Shown one piece after another: positions 10,902-24,279 of a stretch of 64,000 bases of DNA. This stretch comes from Lepidodermella squamata (taxonomy: Eukaryota > Animalia > Gastrotricha), in assembly GCA_047495785.1 (NCBI GenBank), contig JBLDXI010000004.1, positions 2,294,001-2,358,000 of the forward strand, in the 5' to 3' direction. The notes under the pieces are model-generated. The model saw only the letters and a list, made by a program, of their open reading frames with translations. It was not told the DNA's origin and searched no databases. Position 1 is the stretch's first letter, and each line of letters starts with the position of its first letter. Position numbers and translations under genes: made by a program.

Positions 10902-13179
10902 AACTAATAAAAATATTTTGAATATTTGCACATCTTAAAATGACATTCCACGTTCCTGATATACTTGAGCTCAATTCCGGGCCCATATTAGTTTCGTCCG
11001 GCCCCCAAGCGTCGGTTGCGCAATTGGAGGGTAAAAGTGGACTTAGCGCAAAGTCGAAATTTTAAACAACATTTTGGCCGCGCGCGCTGATGTCAAAGGG
11101 CTGATGTTCGAAATAAACTAAATTAGGCGCCTGGATTAATCGGGTGCAGTCTTTATTCGAGTGCGGCCCTTATTTTTCCCAAAAGTTTCGATTTTGATAG
11201 GCAGCATCGTATTTCCCCTGAAAATCAGCTTGCAGGCGTTAGCATTAAATAGGGACCACATGATATTTGGTCACTTTCCGACACTCCTAAGGTGAATTTA
11301 ATCTGTTAGCATACTCGAGAGGGTGTCTGTAGTCTATAAAGAGTGACAGCGGGCGGCTCAAGGTCGCTGAGACCTAATCGCTTGAACCGTGCGGTGATTA
11401 AACAAGTGCGGCCTTTATTAACATCCAAAGTTAGTTTTAAGGGTGATTTTGCGGCGATTATTCAGACGCGGCCTTTATTCAGGTAGCGGCCTTTATACCG
11501 AAAATTCCGGTATCTGAAATATTTGCGTTTTATGTATCGGTTTTCCAACAATAAAAATCGTATGCCGAACATACGATCAATTTGATGCGATGAAGAAACC
11601 TGATTTGACACTGGAATTTCCAAAATAGTTTAAAAAATCTGAAAAATTTGAATAATAAGGCTACACATAGAACGTTGCAGAATAGTGCTATTTTTAACCC
11701 GCGCGCGTAAACCCGGCCTACAATGTTTGTAATCATTATTTTTTGAAATTTGAAAGTTCAAGATTCAATTTGTTTAATTTTTATTGGAAAAAGTCCCAAC
11801 AAACAAACGTCGCCTTTTCCAAATTCGCCAGTCGTTTCAAATTAGAACTTTGTCAATTTTGACGCCAGAGTGATGCGAATAAGGTCAAAATATTGGGAAA
11901 CCTCGGCTTTCATTGTCTATTTAAACCAGAGATTCAAAAAGTTAAGATGCTCGTAGGGTATCGACTGGAAATCAACACAGTCGGTTACAGTCGAAACATT
12001 AAAAATACAATGAAGGCGCTGAAAATCACAAACAAGCTCAATTTAAAACTTCTTCTCATTCGAATCGCATCCAATATTTGAATTCGGAATACGACAGGGC
12101 TTCGCAAACAAGGAGTCGCAACCTTTTTTCCGTGGGTCGCCGAGTCAGCTTTGGTCCCGGAGTTCATGGCGGGGTCGCTTGACGATTTTCAGAAAAAATT
12201 GGAAAGTGCGAAGATTCGGTTTATTTTTGGTCACTCAACTAGAAAATCGGAAAAATAGTATTAGCTACAACTCGCTCCGCTGGCGTACCACTTTATCCGA
12301 CTGAAAAACCGTTTGAAAATGTGGTTAAAAGCCCAGTCAATGGTTGAAGAATTTTTTGGAAAGATATTGTAAATTGTCCTATTCTATAGCTTGGATGCAA
12401 AATTTCTAAATTTTGAGCATCTTTCCCCGCTCTGAAAAAATACTAAAAATGGTTAGATGTTCAGAAGCCCAGTTGTATACGGCGTTTACAGCTTGAGACA
12501 TTTGGTAGCTGGGACACATAGGAGATTATTAATCGCGTGTTGAAGTTTTAAATTTAGCTATCGTGCTATTATTCATGTGATCCTTTGTCAATTTTTTAAT
12601 GTGAAAACACGTGTCTCATCACTCATCATCACCCTTCATCGCCATGTCTCGCTTCGGGCCGGCAGGGTAGTGCGGGAAAGCAGAAAACATTGCTGAATGG
12701 TCAGCGGACGCCACGCCACGGGCAAGTCGGACGTCGGACAGGCGAGAGGCCGGGCTGAATAAAAAAGCACCCCAAGGCATAATCATTACTGCGCAACCCC
12801 CACATTTGAAATGGCTGAAGATAAAGATGGGGCCGAAATTGCTTGCCACGTCTCATGTATTTTTTTTTACGTCGAATGAGTGTATAATCAATTTAGCTCC
12901 TTTTACCTTTTGCGTTTAACGAGTAGCACGGCAAACAAACATCAAGATCAAGATTTCTCGGCTGGCATAAGATATAATAGGTAGATATCTAGCCGTCAAT
13001 TACATGACAGAAACCTATGGATCATCACCAAGAACCAAGAGCACGCTTATGATCGCGCAAGACGGTGTCCGCGCGCGCATATCGCTAGCGACTAATTACA
13101 GGGTGCGCGACTTCACAAATTTATCACCATATGCTAATTTATCAGACTCGCCGAAATGGTGCCGTATGTTTTATATACT

Positions 13180-13265
13180 GATAAATAGGTTGAATCAATG
13201 TCAACTACTTCGTCAAGCTGCTCATCCTTGAACAAGCTCGCATAGGCCTGCCATAGTCGCATCAT
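13180..13265 (-). pseudogene. Orphan copy of the last exon/3'UTR of the lectin family
   Basis: Reverse complement matches ~6958-7042 (GATGCGACTATGGCAGGCCTATGCGAGC...CAAGGATGAGCAGCTTGACGAAGTAGTTGA). Confidence 0.8.
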
Positions 13266-14539
13266 TTAGGTATTTATTTATTTATTTATTTAAGAGCACA
13301 AATCTCAAAGTTGAGAGCTCATAGAAAAGAAAGTTTGCTTGAAGTAAAAATTAGTAGCAGATTATCTTGTCAATTCGGTCCGTTTCAGCATCAGTATTTC
13401 CAACAAAGATTCAACAATTATAATTTTTTCAGATTAGGTTTAGATAAAAAATATTTATAAACAAGTTGACGGCAAGAAAAGGCATCGTAACAAATTTTGA
13501 AACCACAATCACATCTTGGCGGTAGGTTAGTTAGTGTAGTTCATAATGTCGATTGGGCGATGATGAGGGCAGTGAAAATATAAAGGTAAAGTGTTGAACA
13601 GACTAGGACCGGTGAAGCAAAGAGAGGCCTGACCGTAGTCCAGACGCATACGCGGTATTTTGAATGAGAGCTGGGAGTAACGAGTGCGAGACGGAGGCTT
13701 CAGTACAAAAATAGATTTGATGGACACAGGCGCGTCGCCGACAACACAACGGTACATGAGAGTAGCAATATGTACTTGCCATGTAGGTCGAGCCATTCTA
13801 ATTCATCACGAAGAGGAGAGGCGTCAGCGGAATCAGAAGCATTCATAATTATTCTCACTGCTTTGTCCCGAAGAGATTGCAATCGTTTCAAAGATGTATC
13901 ACAAGCTTCACCAAGTAATACATCGCAATATTGTAAATGAGAAAAAACTAGACCATTAGCCATTAATTTCAAGCAATTCCTGTTCAGTCCGTTCTTAGAC
14001 GCTAGATGAAGAGCAAATAAGCCTTTGCGAGCTTTTGTACAGGCCTTGTCTATTTGATGACTGTATAACAGTTTTTCGTCGAGAATGAAGCCTAGAAGAG
14101 TGATAGAGTTGGTTTGATCCAGCGAGTAATCGTTAATACTTATAGAAATTTTTCTGGCGGATTTACTAAGCGAGACTATCATGAGCTGCGATTTCTTACC
14201 GTTAACCTTAAGACAGTTTGAGCCTAACCAGTTGATAACATTATTAAGGTCGTTTTGAAGTACTGATTCCAATTCGGAATCATTTTTGGCAGCAAAATAA
14301 ATGGTGGCATCGTCGGCGTATTGGATTACGGTGGATTTTAGTGATGAAAGTGGCAGCTCGTTAACATAAATTGTGAAAAGTAAAGGTCCCAATACAGAAC
14401 CCTGTGGCACTCCATACTTAAGATCAGCTGTGTTCGAAATTTTTCCATTTACTTTGGTCAATTGTTGGCGGTTAGAAAGATAGCTGGTTAATAATTCGAT
14501 AGCCGGCTCGTCGAAACCTGCACTACGTAAAGATGACAG

Positions 14540-14787
14540 CAGTGTGCGACTTTCAGGGGGGGGATGGGGGGGATCATCCCCCCCAGCTCGGCCGGGCCAG
14601 ACGACTGAATGAGAATTTATCCCCCTATTTCGTCAATTTTGAGAGGTTCTGGAGCGTGTTTTAGTGAAAAATCTGCAACATTTTCTCGCTTCGCTCACTT
14701 ATCCGCCAAAATAACTAGTAATTTTGGCAAATGCAGCAAAAAAATTTTTCCATCCCTGGCAGCTCGAGGATCCAAAATCGCACCCTG
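14540..14787. mobile_element. hAT MITE inserted in the LINE RT
   Basis: TIRs CAGTGTGCGACTTT / AAAATCGCACCCTG; perfect 8-bp TSD GATGACAG at 14532-14539 and 14788-14795. Confidence 0.88.
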
Positions 14788-14965
14788 GATGACAGAATAC
14801 CAGGCGTGGTTAAGGTGTCAAAGGCTTTACTCATATCAATGCTAACTATCGCGATTGTCAAACCTTTGTCAAGAGCGCAACGCCAGTCGTTTGTCATTTT
14901 AGCTAGGCAAGTTTCGGTAGAGTGGTGCTTCATAATCCGAATTGCGAGGGCGAGAGAAAATCACA

Positions 14966-15298
14966 TTGTGTGACCACTTTAAAGTCCAATTCAATGCGCA
15001 CGCTGATTGGTCAATCGATCGTTGCTATGACTCCCGGATGAAACGTTCTGTCGTGCGATCCATAAGATTTTTTGCAACAAGTGTTTTTTGCCGCAGCAAT
15101 TTACCACGATTAATATGGAGTTTACGCTCGTGGTCAATGGAAACCGGGCAGAGGGTGTGACAAGGTCATTTTTTTCATAAATATAAAATAATTTATTAGT
15201 GGATCGCACGACGGAAATGTTTCATTCCGGAGTCATTAGCAACGATAAATTGACCAATCAGCGTGCGCGCCAAGGTTCAACTTACCAGTGGTTCCACA
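14966..15298. mobile_element. Palindromic MITE inserted in the LINE
   Basis: Ends TGTGTGACCACT / AGTGGTTCCACA, long internal inverted repeats (GCGCACGCTGATTGGTCAAT...GTCGTGCGATCC); second copy at ~43620-43908. Confidence 0.75.
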
Positions 15299-15889
15299 AT
15301 GCAATCTTTTTCATATAATTCTTAATTTGAAGAGAGAGGCAGCGCTCGAAGGTACGAAATAAAGGCGATAAGATTGAAATAGGACGATAGTTCCCGACAA
15401 GGTCATTCGAACCTTCTTTGAACAAAGGCGTTACTGTAGCTAATTTCCAGGCGGCTGGAATCTGGCGTTCCAACAATACTTTATTGTAAATTAAAGCTAA
15501 ATGCGGCGCTAGGAAATCGGCTGCCACCTTGAGAACACACTCAGGTATTCCATCTGAACCCGTCGAAGGCTTGCGCGGTGACAATTTGTTCAAACACTCT
15601 TCCGAGTGGTTTCCGCGCAAAACGTACAAATCTTTCGCCTTTTACTATTAGTAATCGAGCATTGTTTTGGATGCGGGCCTGGTTATTATTTTCCGAAATG
15701 CTAAATCCAAATTATGGCTTTGAAGTAAGTCGAGAAAATTTATTTCATTATCACAATTCATAAGATTGATATTGAAATCACCACCGATTACATAATTTTG
15801 TGCATGTGGAAGTCGGGTGGAAGTTTCGAGAAGAACTGGTGCAAAAGAAAGTAGTCATCATCTGTAGGAGTATCAAATTTCGGTCTGTA

Positions 15890-16320
15890 AGCGTAAGGTC
15901 GGGGCAGCCGTGAAGAAGATGAGCAAGTCTTGTCCGTGAGGCGGGGCTGTCCTGCCTATCACGACCGGTGGGTGTGGCGAAGTGTTCGGTTTGTCACGTG
16001 ATGTCGTTTCATGAAGTGCGTGAACGTAGCAGTTGGGCTGGAAACTGTCGCGTGCCTTTGGCTCGTTGGTAAACAACCAAGGCGGCGTAATCGCTGAGAA
16101 ATTTGAATTTGTTTCCAACTTAGCTGTCCCCGTTTCCAGGACAACCAGGCTGCTTGACCAGCTCTGAAGCAGAGCTGTCGACACAAGGGTCAGACAAAGC
16201 AAAGCCGAACGATATGACGGCTCTCCAATCAGCGCGTTGATAGGCGATTCAATCGCCATGGTGACACAGCAGTTAGCAATAAACTGGGAGTACGCTCCAC
16301 AGTAATTATCGTGCAAAAAT
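15890..16320 (-). mobile_element. Possible 3' fragment of another LINE (C-terminal zinc-knuckle-like region)
   Basis: Broken frames read QIQISQRLRRLG...HFMKRHHV...LAHLLHGCP, resembling non-LTR RT C-termini. Confidence 0.3.
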
Positions 16321-17839
16321 CTCAGAAAATTTAATATTCAATCGCAGATATTGTACCCCTTTGTACCCCCGTGCCCCTTTGATGCATAACTTCGAACTTT
16401 TCTGCCGCAATATGCATAACTCAGGTTATGCATCGAAGGGGCACGGCCCCAATGGTGTATAATCGTGGCTCACTTCAGCTGATCAACAATGGCTCATCGG
16501 CCATGTGTTGCATAATCGTGAGCTTTTGTGGGGTGACTAAGGGGACCCTAAGACACATCAAAATTTTGACCCCTCATTTATGCATCATTAAGAGACTCTA
16601 CCCTATAGTTTATTGATTTATTTAAATTTTATAGATAAAATTAGGATTATTGTTTTGATGATGTACAAAGACGGATTTTTTCGCTCGTTGAAAATATCGA
16701 AAGCATAAAACGCCCTGACCATCTCGCTATTTTGTAATTCCAGATGACCTACTTTCGCGTGCGCACGCCAAAACTGGGTCAACGACGGGTCTAACAAGGC
16801 GCGTTGCACTTCAGTATTATTCCTACGGTAGGTTATGTGTGATTTAAACGATGTTCGATGTAGGATTTTCGCCCTTATTTTCCGCGTTTACCGCTCCTTT
16901 CCGCAAAATTGTCCGCCTTAATTTTCGGATTCGCGCGCTCGCCGGTTGGCTAGGTCAAACTAATAATACGTGATTCAAATTAGCATGTTCACTGTAGGCA
17001 GCATGCACTTCACCTCTGTAGGTCATATTGTTTGTTGTAATTGCGCTAATTTTCGCTAATTGTCCGAGTTTGTGAATGAAATGTTTTCGATCGCCGAAAA
17101 TAAATAAAAATTCCTAAAATCACCAAATTTTCGAAATTAAATCAACCAGAAATCGCGAAACAAATTACTGATGGGTACTGCGTCTCAAATTTCTTTGTCT
17201 CTCATCGTTGTCTCAAATTTTGGGAACTCCAGTATGTAACTCTTGTATGTAACGCAGACCACCAATACACCGGTATCTCTCCTCTAATTTTCATTATTTT
17301 TCGGTTTCGGAGATTTTGGACCTTAATTTCGGTGGATTCAGTTTGTCCGCTGAGAAACTGTAATTTATTTTAATTATAATTAATATTCGGTGGTTTTGGT
17401 TTCGGTATTTTTGCAAATACCGATCAAACCGAAAATTAGTCGTCGATATATGAATAAATTAAATCAAATTTTCGAGAAACAATTTCATAATTTATTAAAA
17501 AAAATTTTATTGCGTGAACGTTTAATCAGACTCTGTTTTTTTCAGCAGCACGGAAATGGTCGGCACTCGAAATCTTTTCTCACTGGCTATCAAACCGCGT
17601 TAAATGTGAGTTTTTGAAAATAATAATATTTCCTTTTTTAATAAGTGTTTTCCTTATTCTTAGATTTCGTGTGCTCGAAAGAATAGATCGCGTTTTCGGC
17701 AAGGCCGATTTCAACAGCATTTAAATGGCGCATTCAGCGGGAAAATTCGTCTCTCCGGTGTTATGTCTCTATGAGATCATTGTTTTTGCGCGTTATCCTC
17801 TTCAAGACCGTTAATCGGTATAGAAAGATAATAAAAACA

Positions 17840-17881
17840 TTATTATCATTATTATTATCGTTATTATTATTATTGTTGTTA

Positions 17882-17933
<52 letters not shown>

Positions 17934-17973
17934 TATTATTATTACTATTATTATTATTATTATTATTATTATT
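17840..17973. repeat. (TTA)n microsatellite
   Basis: About 44 near-perfect TTA units; source of the spurious poly-Leu ORF. Confidence 0.95.
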
Positions 17974-18052
17974 GCATCGCTCTGATGACCGAGGTATAAT
18001 TCAATAAAAGTGAGATGAAAAGCGTCATGAGCATTTTTAGCCTCCTATTGTA

Positions 18053-18120
18053 GGCTCCTGTTGTATAGTGGCCCCAACCCATGGTTCTAATCCTAAAGGT
18101 CCCGGGTTCGAATCTTCCTT
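18053..18120 (+). other. tRNA-derived pseudogene or SINE head
   Basis: A-box-like TGTATAGTGG and B-box GGTTCGAATC at tRNA-like spacing; acceptor stem not intact. Confidence 0.4.
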
Positions 18121-18548
18121 TTGCCTCGTTTTTTTCTATCGTCAGTTTTTTGTGAGATGACGAAGTGACGAAACGACGAAACTATTAAGAACTATTAAGA
18201 AAAAATTAAATAAATTCTTGATCGATTGAATGCATCTTTATCTTTCGTGATGATAAAAATAGAATTAATAATTGCTCACGCTCACGTTAAATTTGTTTTT
18301 AAAAATGCGCAAAAAGTGGGATATTATTCTGTTAAAAGACAACAACAATCAACAAATATGTTTTTGGTGATTGGAAAATCAGTGTTTTCGGACAGCTTTT
18401 CAGAAATAGCCGTCGCCACGCGATTCATGGCGTGCTCACAATTATTATTTATTTCACTTGAAAACAGTTCTGAATTATTCCCGTATTTTATTGTACTAAA
18501 AAAGTTATCATATGCGCTAATTTTACTCATGATCGTGGTTTCAGCTAA

Positions 18549-18693
18549 CAGTGTGCGAAGTAGAATCCTCGAACTAGAGGGTATTTTCGGGCCCCAATTT
18601 TATGGCTAAAAGGTCCCCTTCTGGGGTTTTTTGGTGGTTATTCCACTTAGCCTGCCGAACTGGGGGATACGATACGCCGTACTTCGCGCCCTA
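18549..18693. mobile_element. hAT-like MITE, same family as 5239 and 63008
   Basis: CAGTGTGCGAAGTA...TACTTCGCGCCCTA; degenerate 8-bp TSD TCAGCTAA/TCAACAAA. Confidence 0.7.
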
Positions 18694-19011
18694 TCAACAA
18701 ATTTATAGGCTGGCGATAGCTACATCTTATGCTTTCAACAATTCTACTTTCCACTACACCGTTGTATCGGCAATTAACAAAGCGGTCCTTGGATTTCTGG
18801 CTTTCACATTTTTTATAACTTTAAATTGAAATTTAGGTACAAACATTTTTGTTCTTTTCTCATTACAAAGTGATAAATTTGTCATTTAAAAAAGTCAAAA
18901 TTCAAAATTGATTTAACAATTTGAAATTTTTTGAATAAATTTGAAAATTTATGGATAATAATTTTCAGCAGAATAAATTCTAACATCTTACATCAAGAGT
19001 TACTTAATTGA

Positions 19012-20200
19012 ATGACTGCTTATTATTACGTTGTGCTGTTGACGTTGGCGCTGTCATCGAGCGACGTGGCTTGGGGCAAGCAAGCATTGAACTTAGTTCG
19101 CTGCTTTTCAAGGCAGAGCAACCGACTCACCAGCTGTGTTGCAGCTGCCAATGGCTGCGATTCACTGAAAGAATTTCAGGTTTGTCGTTATTTCAACTGT
19201 AGCCTTGCCGATTCAAGTTTGTCCATTCCGATAGTGGGGCGGAACTTTCCGAACAGTCGGCGTCTGCAACACAGGGGTCGGTTTATTGAACGGCTAATTT
19301 ATTTCTTAATAATTTCATTCTGATTTCTCTTTAGAATGGCCGAATGTGCTACAAATACGCGGCTCTTACCCCATTCTGCGTACCCGGAAACGTCGGATGC
19401 AACAACCCAGGTGATATGAATGTAAGGACCCCTCCATACAAATCGATTCGTTAAAGTATAATTCAGGGAATCAAAGATTGGGATTAAAGTCCTGATCCGT
19501 TACATTTTTTATGAATCATAAAATATCACAAACAGACGTTCTGGTTCGACAACCAAACGCCCGCGTTGATCTTGAATTTCAACCTTAACGAATGCGAGAA
19601 AAAGAAGGCTGCATTCGAGGTGAGGACTCTTGGAAATCTTCAAAATTTTGAATGGTCATTTTGTTTCATTGCAGAGTTTGGCATTCAGGCGCTGTACGTC
19701 GTCATTATGACATGTGTTCCGGACCCGTACTCCTGCCCCGAAAGCTGGGTGAGTGATTTTCCATCTATCATGAGTGGGTGCGTTTTTGGGTTTCTGTCTC
19801 AAGTAGTTTGTTTGGTGATTCCTGATTGTTTTTCATCTATAGGTTACCGAATCAACTTTGTATCCCAATCTCACGTCTTGTATCAATGGAACGGGTCCGT
19901 TGTTATTTTGTAATACTTATAGTTATTTGTGAAGAAAAAAGTTATGTTTTTCTGTGACAGGATAAGCTGTTCTTGGACTCAGTCAGTTTTCAACTGAACC
20001 ACGACAAGTGCATCAAGGATATTTCGCCTCCTGTGAGTTTGTTTTCCTGAATATTCTTGCTCCTGTGTGTATTGTACACCAGGCCTAGTCAACAGAGTCA
20101 TAAACGCCATTCGCCACGCAAAATGTAATTTTCGATTTTTCCGACTAGGCATGCGCCATGCGTTGATACCAATACCAACCATCATTCAATGCACTAGTCC
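19012..20200 (+). pseudogene. Divergent four-Cys-repeat paralog, probably disrupted
   Basis: Signal peptide + RCFSRQSNRLTSCVAAANGC (19012-19179), then exons WGGTFRTVGVCNTG, GRMCYKYAALTPFCVPGNVGC, ...FNLNECEK, 19675-19748 (74 nt, frameshift), VTESTLYPNLTSCING, DKLFLDSVSFQLNHDKCIKD; no CTLD exons recognised. Confidence 0.7.
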
Positions 20201-20229
20201 TCAAATTTCCGAACTAATTTGTTGAAATT

Positions 20230-20478
20230 TGAGCGCGCTCCTGGTCACCGTGCGGAATTTATAGTGCGCGTAAATCTCTATTATTTTTATTTTTTCGAGC
20301 GAGAACACCATATTCAATCGATAGTAAATTGTCCGAATTATTTTTAGCATAAAAACCGACGCGATATTTGAAAGTCACCCTTTAACATCTTTGCGCGCGG
20401 TTTTAAATTTGTTAAAAAATCAGGACTTGGCTCATGCGCATCAGTTGAATAATGTTGCACGGTGATCAGGAGCGCGCG
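20230..20478. mobile_element. MITE
   Basis: Inverted ends GCGCGCTCCTGGTCACCGTGC / GCACGGTGATCAGGAGCGCGC. Confidence 0.6.
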
Positions 20479-20715
20479 CACTTGCTCCTCAAAAGTTGGG
20501 ATGTGCGGTAAACTTTTTTTCGTTCATTTTTCACGCGAGAAACCCATATCTATTCGATAGAGAATTTTCTGAACTTTCTAAACTTTCTAACCTAAATATT
20601 CAAAACTTGCCCTTTTCGACGTGGTGTTATGCAGTAAGTCCACTTTTACCCTCCGACTAGACGGAACTAATAAATAGTCAAGCCTAACAAACGAAATTCG
20701 CCTAATTTCTGAAAT

Positions 20716-21081
20716 TCCGAAGACAGACGAGTTCGAGGTAGATGCTATTTGGTTGGCCGCGGTTAAATCAGTCAGTGATGAGAAAGTCGCCATACGGGCG
20801 CCTGATATCGCCTTACAGGCTTCGAGTTGCAGACGGAAGTTGCCAGCAGTCAGCGAGGGGAGGAAATACTTCGAAGGTGTGGCTTGTTTCAGGTCATTTA
20901 AACACGCGGCGTAGTTGTCAGCGAATTTCGTCAAGTTGGAATAAATCTTCAGCTGTATTTGTTAACAATCTTATTCTTGAAATTCATAACTGAAGATTCG
21001 AAAGCTCACCCGATTCGTACCGTCAGGGCAGATGTTGTAACATTTCTTGCTGTTTGGCGTATCGCATTGAGCAGCATACTT
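20716..21081 (-). pseudogene. Truncated lectin-family copy C (exons 8-9)
   Basis: YAAQCDTPNSKKCYNICPDGTNR + ...KFADNYAACLNDLK...GARMATFSS...SVFG; intron nearly identical to copy B; CTLD1 cut off. Confidence 0.85.
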
Positions 21082-21969
21082 GGAAATAATGAAACTTGCA
21101 AATTTCAAAAATCGAACGTCTCATTAAAAATCAGGAACTACTGCTTAAAAATACTTGGTCGTAATAATCCTAATAGTTAGCAGTCTTCGACAATGTTATT
21201 CGGGTCCGTTCAGTTGTAGAAGCAACGTTGGAAGTGCAATAGAGCCGGGCTGTAGATCGCATAAAAATACGAAAGCTTCGTCCAAATCAAGAGGTAGTTC
21301 GAGTCGTTTATCGCAGAACCCTAAACGTGCCCATGGTGAAAGCTTCCCGTTCCGCAGCTGTGCCTCGTAATTCCAGCACGCGTTTTCGGACTTTTGATAT
21401 CACCCTCGGGTATTGCTTCGTACGCTATTCCTTGACGGTGTAAGGTTATTTGAATGCGGCGCAAAGAAACAACCTGGGATGAGTAATAATAATATTGTGA
21501 TGATGACTAGATGATGCGTAATTGCGTGACCCACATCTGCCAAAATAGCGGCGTCTATTGCACTAGCCACGGCCGGATCTGGCTGGGGCTTGATGTGCCG
21601 ATGCGGGACACCGTTGACTTGAAGAACGAGTTCAGCGTTGTGAATCAAGACAATAATGTTACTCCTCCAACTGGCCGCAGCGCTCCTGAGAACGAAACGG
21701 TTTCTGAGACCAGCGGCAGTTCATGTTCCTCATAAAATTGAGGGTGTCTTCATAGGATCCCGCAAAAGAAATTGTAAGCTTGTCTTCGCAATGCCAGCAG
21801 TAAGCTTTTTCTCTGATTATTTTTCCCCTTCAATCTGAGGTTGTTGTAGTACTGGAACATAACCTTCTGCATTCTGAAACATTCATGAACCATCCATGAA
21901 TTTTCAACATTCACCAAATCATAATTTCATGCTCTAACTGAAGCAAATATTTGTTTGGTTTTTTTATAG

Positions 21970-23935
21970 ATGAGGTTGCGGACTCAGTGAAGCAGCACAT
22001 CCGCTGTTTCAATGCCGTTACTCGGGAATTCACCGCCTGCCGATTGAGCACCTCGCGTTGCATCGCCAATGAAACCGAAGAGTTCTCCACTGGCGTCTAC
22101 CGCAACAAGGCCAACTGCTTATCATGGGGTGCGTGCGAATGACACTTTATAAACGGTAAAACTGCTACTAAAACGGACACAAAAACTACTATTATTTCGC
22201 GCGAAGCGCTACTAAATCTGCCTTAGTGCGCATAGAACGTTAAGTGTGTTGATAAAGCAGCTAATATGACACTAAATGTGGAGAAGTGCCACTATTTTGA
22301 CAAAACCGCTAGTATTTCGGGAATGTGATGGTAAAATGGAAAAATAGCTATATAATCTGAATTTTCGTGATTGGCATGGAAATGACTGTCGCATACACGA
22401 ATGCATTGAATTTTCTGTTCTCGAATCTAACAAGGCTAGTTGACAAATTATTTAGCCGATTTAGCCGATAGCTCTCACCCATTTCGAAAAAAACATTTCT
22501 TTTGAAAATCGATTATTGGAATCGATATTAGTTTTACAGGCTGAACCTTGATTCGTGAAGCCAAGGGAAATAACTACAACTTTTATTCACCAAGTTTTCA
22601 GCATTTCTCAAACCAGTAGCATATTGCGCGAATTAGTAGTAATTTACACGCTTCACAGCAATTTACAGCAGTTTACCTAATTTAGTAGCACTTTTACCCA
22701 TTTTAGTAGCGCATTTATCTTCACTCCTTATCATGGGTAACCGTAACTGAGATTATACTTGCCATATTTCTCACGGCCTAAAGGTCTTTAGGAATTCTTT
22801 AGAAAAATCGAGAGAATTTTATTGCTAGCAATCATTGCTTCGAGCTTAGTTCAAGAGTACAACTTGATACAAGAGTTTAGTAGATTCGAAGCTAAATGTC
22901 ACCGGCTGAATTTTGAGTGGTTTATCATCTCGTTTCAAAACTATGTATATTCCTTAGTATGCTGCTCAATGCGATACGCCAAACAGCAAAAAGTGCTACA
23001 ACATTTGCCCGAACGGAGCGACCCAGGTGAGCTTTCGAGTCTTCACAGAAACGAGTATAGCCGAATAAAGTTGCAACAAATACAGCTGAATATATACATG
23101 TATTCAAACTCGACGAAGTTCGCTGATAACTACGCCGCGTGTTTGTATGACCTGAAACCAGCCACATCTTCGAAGTATTTATCTCCTCGACGCCTGCTGG
23201 CCATTTCCGCCTGCAATTCGACACCTGTAATGCGGTCCAAGGCGCCCGTTTGGCGACCTTCTCATCGATGGCTGATTTAACAGCAGCCGGCCAAGTGGCT
23301 GCTACTACTAACTCGTCTGTGTACGTCGGTTTGGTCGCTGATTTCACGTGGGAAGACGGCAGCCGCATCGCGATCGATTCCCCTCTCTGGCTACCTGGCA
23401 TTGCCCCACTAAACAACGGTCCATGTGAGTTCTTTTAGTAAGCTCAGTTGAAAAATCCAACTAACATAAAATATAAAAAGGATAATTCAGGAGGCTTCCT
23501 ATTCTGCGCTTCCTCATGCCTTCATTTTCATTCGTTGATTTACAGGTATGATGATGTCAACGAAAGGCTTTTACGACTTTTTATGCGATAGTTACACATA
23601 TGGCATTTGCGGCAATGTAAGTGTGCTTCCTATTACTCCTATTAATCCTCCGAACAATAACCAGCGAATTGTTTTTTTGAAGAGTTCGACCAGCCTTTTA
23701 GTCACATCAGTGACCAATCCTTGGGATCAACATGAATCTTACTACGAAAGCATCGGGACAACTTTTGCCTCAATCAAAGATCAAGCGATATTTGAAGCTG
23801 CTAAACAGCTGATTGATCCGGACTATCAATACTACATCAGTGGGAAACGGAGGGACTTGGCCTCTTACTCATGGAACCCTTCAACAGTGCGGTGTTCACT
23901 TTGAACGGCGAGGCAACATTCGAAAATCACTGTAA
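21970..23935 (+). pseudogene. Lectin-family copy D (exons 7-11), 5'-truncated and frameshifted
   Basis: Exon homologues at ~21970-22127, 22957-23027, 23086-23424 (frameshift near 23180), 23546-23616, 23683-23931 (deletion in YSW region). Confidence 0.85.
22150..22720. mobile_element. Probable DNA-transposon remnant with mirrored CTACTA/TAGTAG subterminal repeats
   Basis: Repeated CTACTA on the left, TAGTAG on the right; sits in an intron of copy D. Confidence 0.45.
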
Positions 23936-24279
23936 GGAACGGAAACACAATTTTTATGTTGATCTGATCAATTAATTTTTCCAGCATAGTTCCTTCAAAA
24001 TGTCGCTCAGATCCCCGAGGTATTTGTATTGGCAACAGAATTAACAAAGTATGGAATAAGGTACCAGAATGCATAATTAACTCTCGCTCAATTACTGTTT
24101 CCAAAAATGTTATTTTACAAACCTTGTTGCCTGAAATTGTAAAAAATTGTGTGTCGACGGTGAGACGCCTGTAAATATTTGAAAACTGTATATAAAAACA
24201 AATCACTGTGTACACGCGCAACGCGAAACTGCAATTTAAATAAATAAATAAACAGATACCAAAACCGATAGGCAAACAT

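Larger units (their letters stand above)
13268..15870 (-). mobile_element. Decayed non-LTR retrotransposon (CR1/L2-group LINE): APE endonuclease + RT fragments
   Basis: GGDFNINL (~15770-15800), WKLATVTPLFK...NYRPISIL, HSTETCL...DMSKAFD, GVPQGSVLGPLLF...QYADD, FNTLP; (TAAA)n 3' tail at ~13270-13292; broken by two MITEs and stops. Confidence 0.9.

Noticed and set aside
17771-18007. Poly-leucine ORF
   Set aside because: Translation of a (TTA)n microsatellite.
17975-18030. Second hammerhead (CTGATGA)
   Set aside because: No stem II or properly placed GAAA and cleavage triplet.
21160-21840. Coding-like stretch between copies C and D
   Set aside because: Several short frames, none assignable without a database search.
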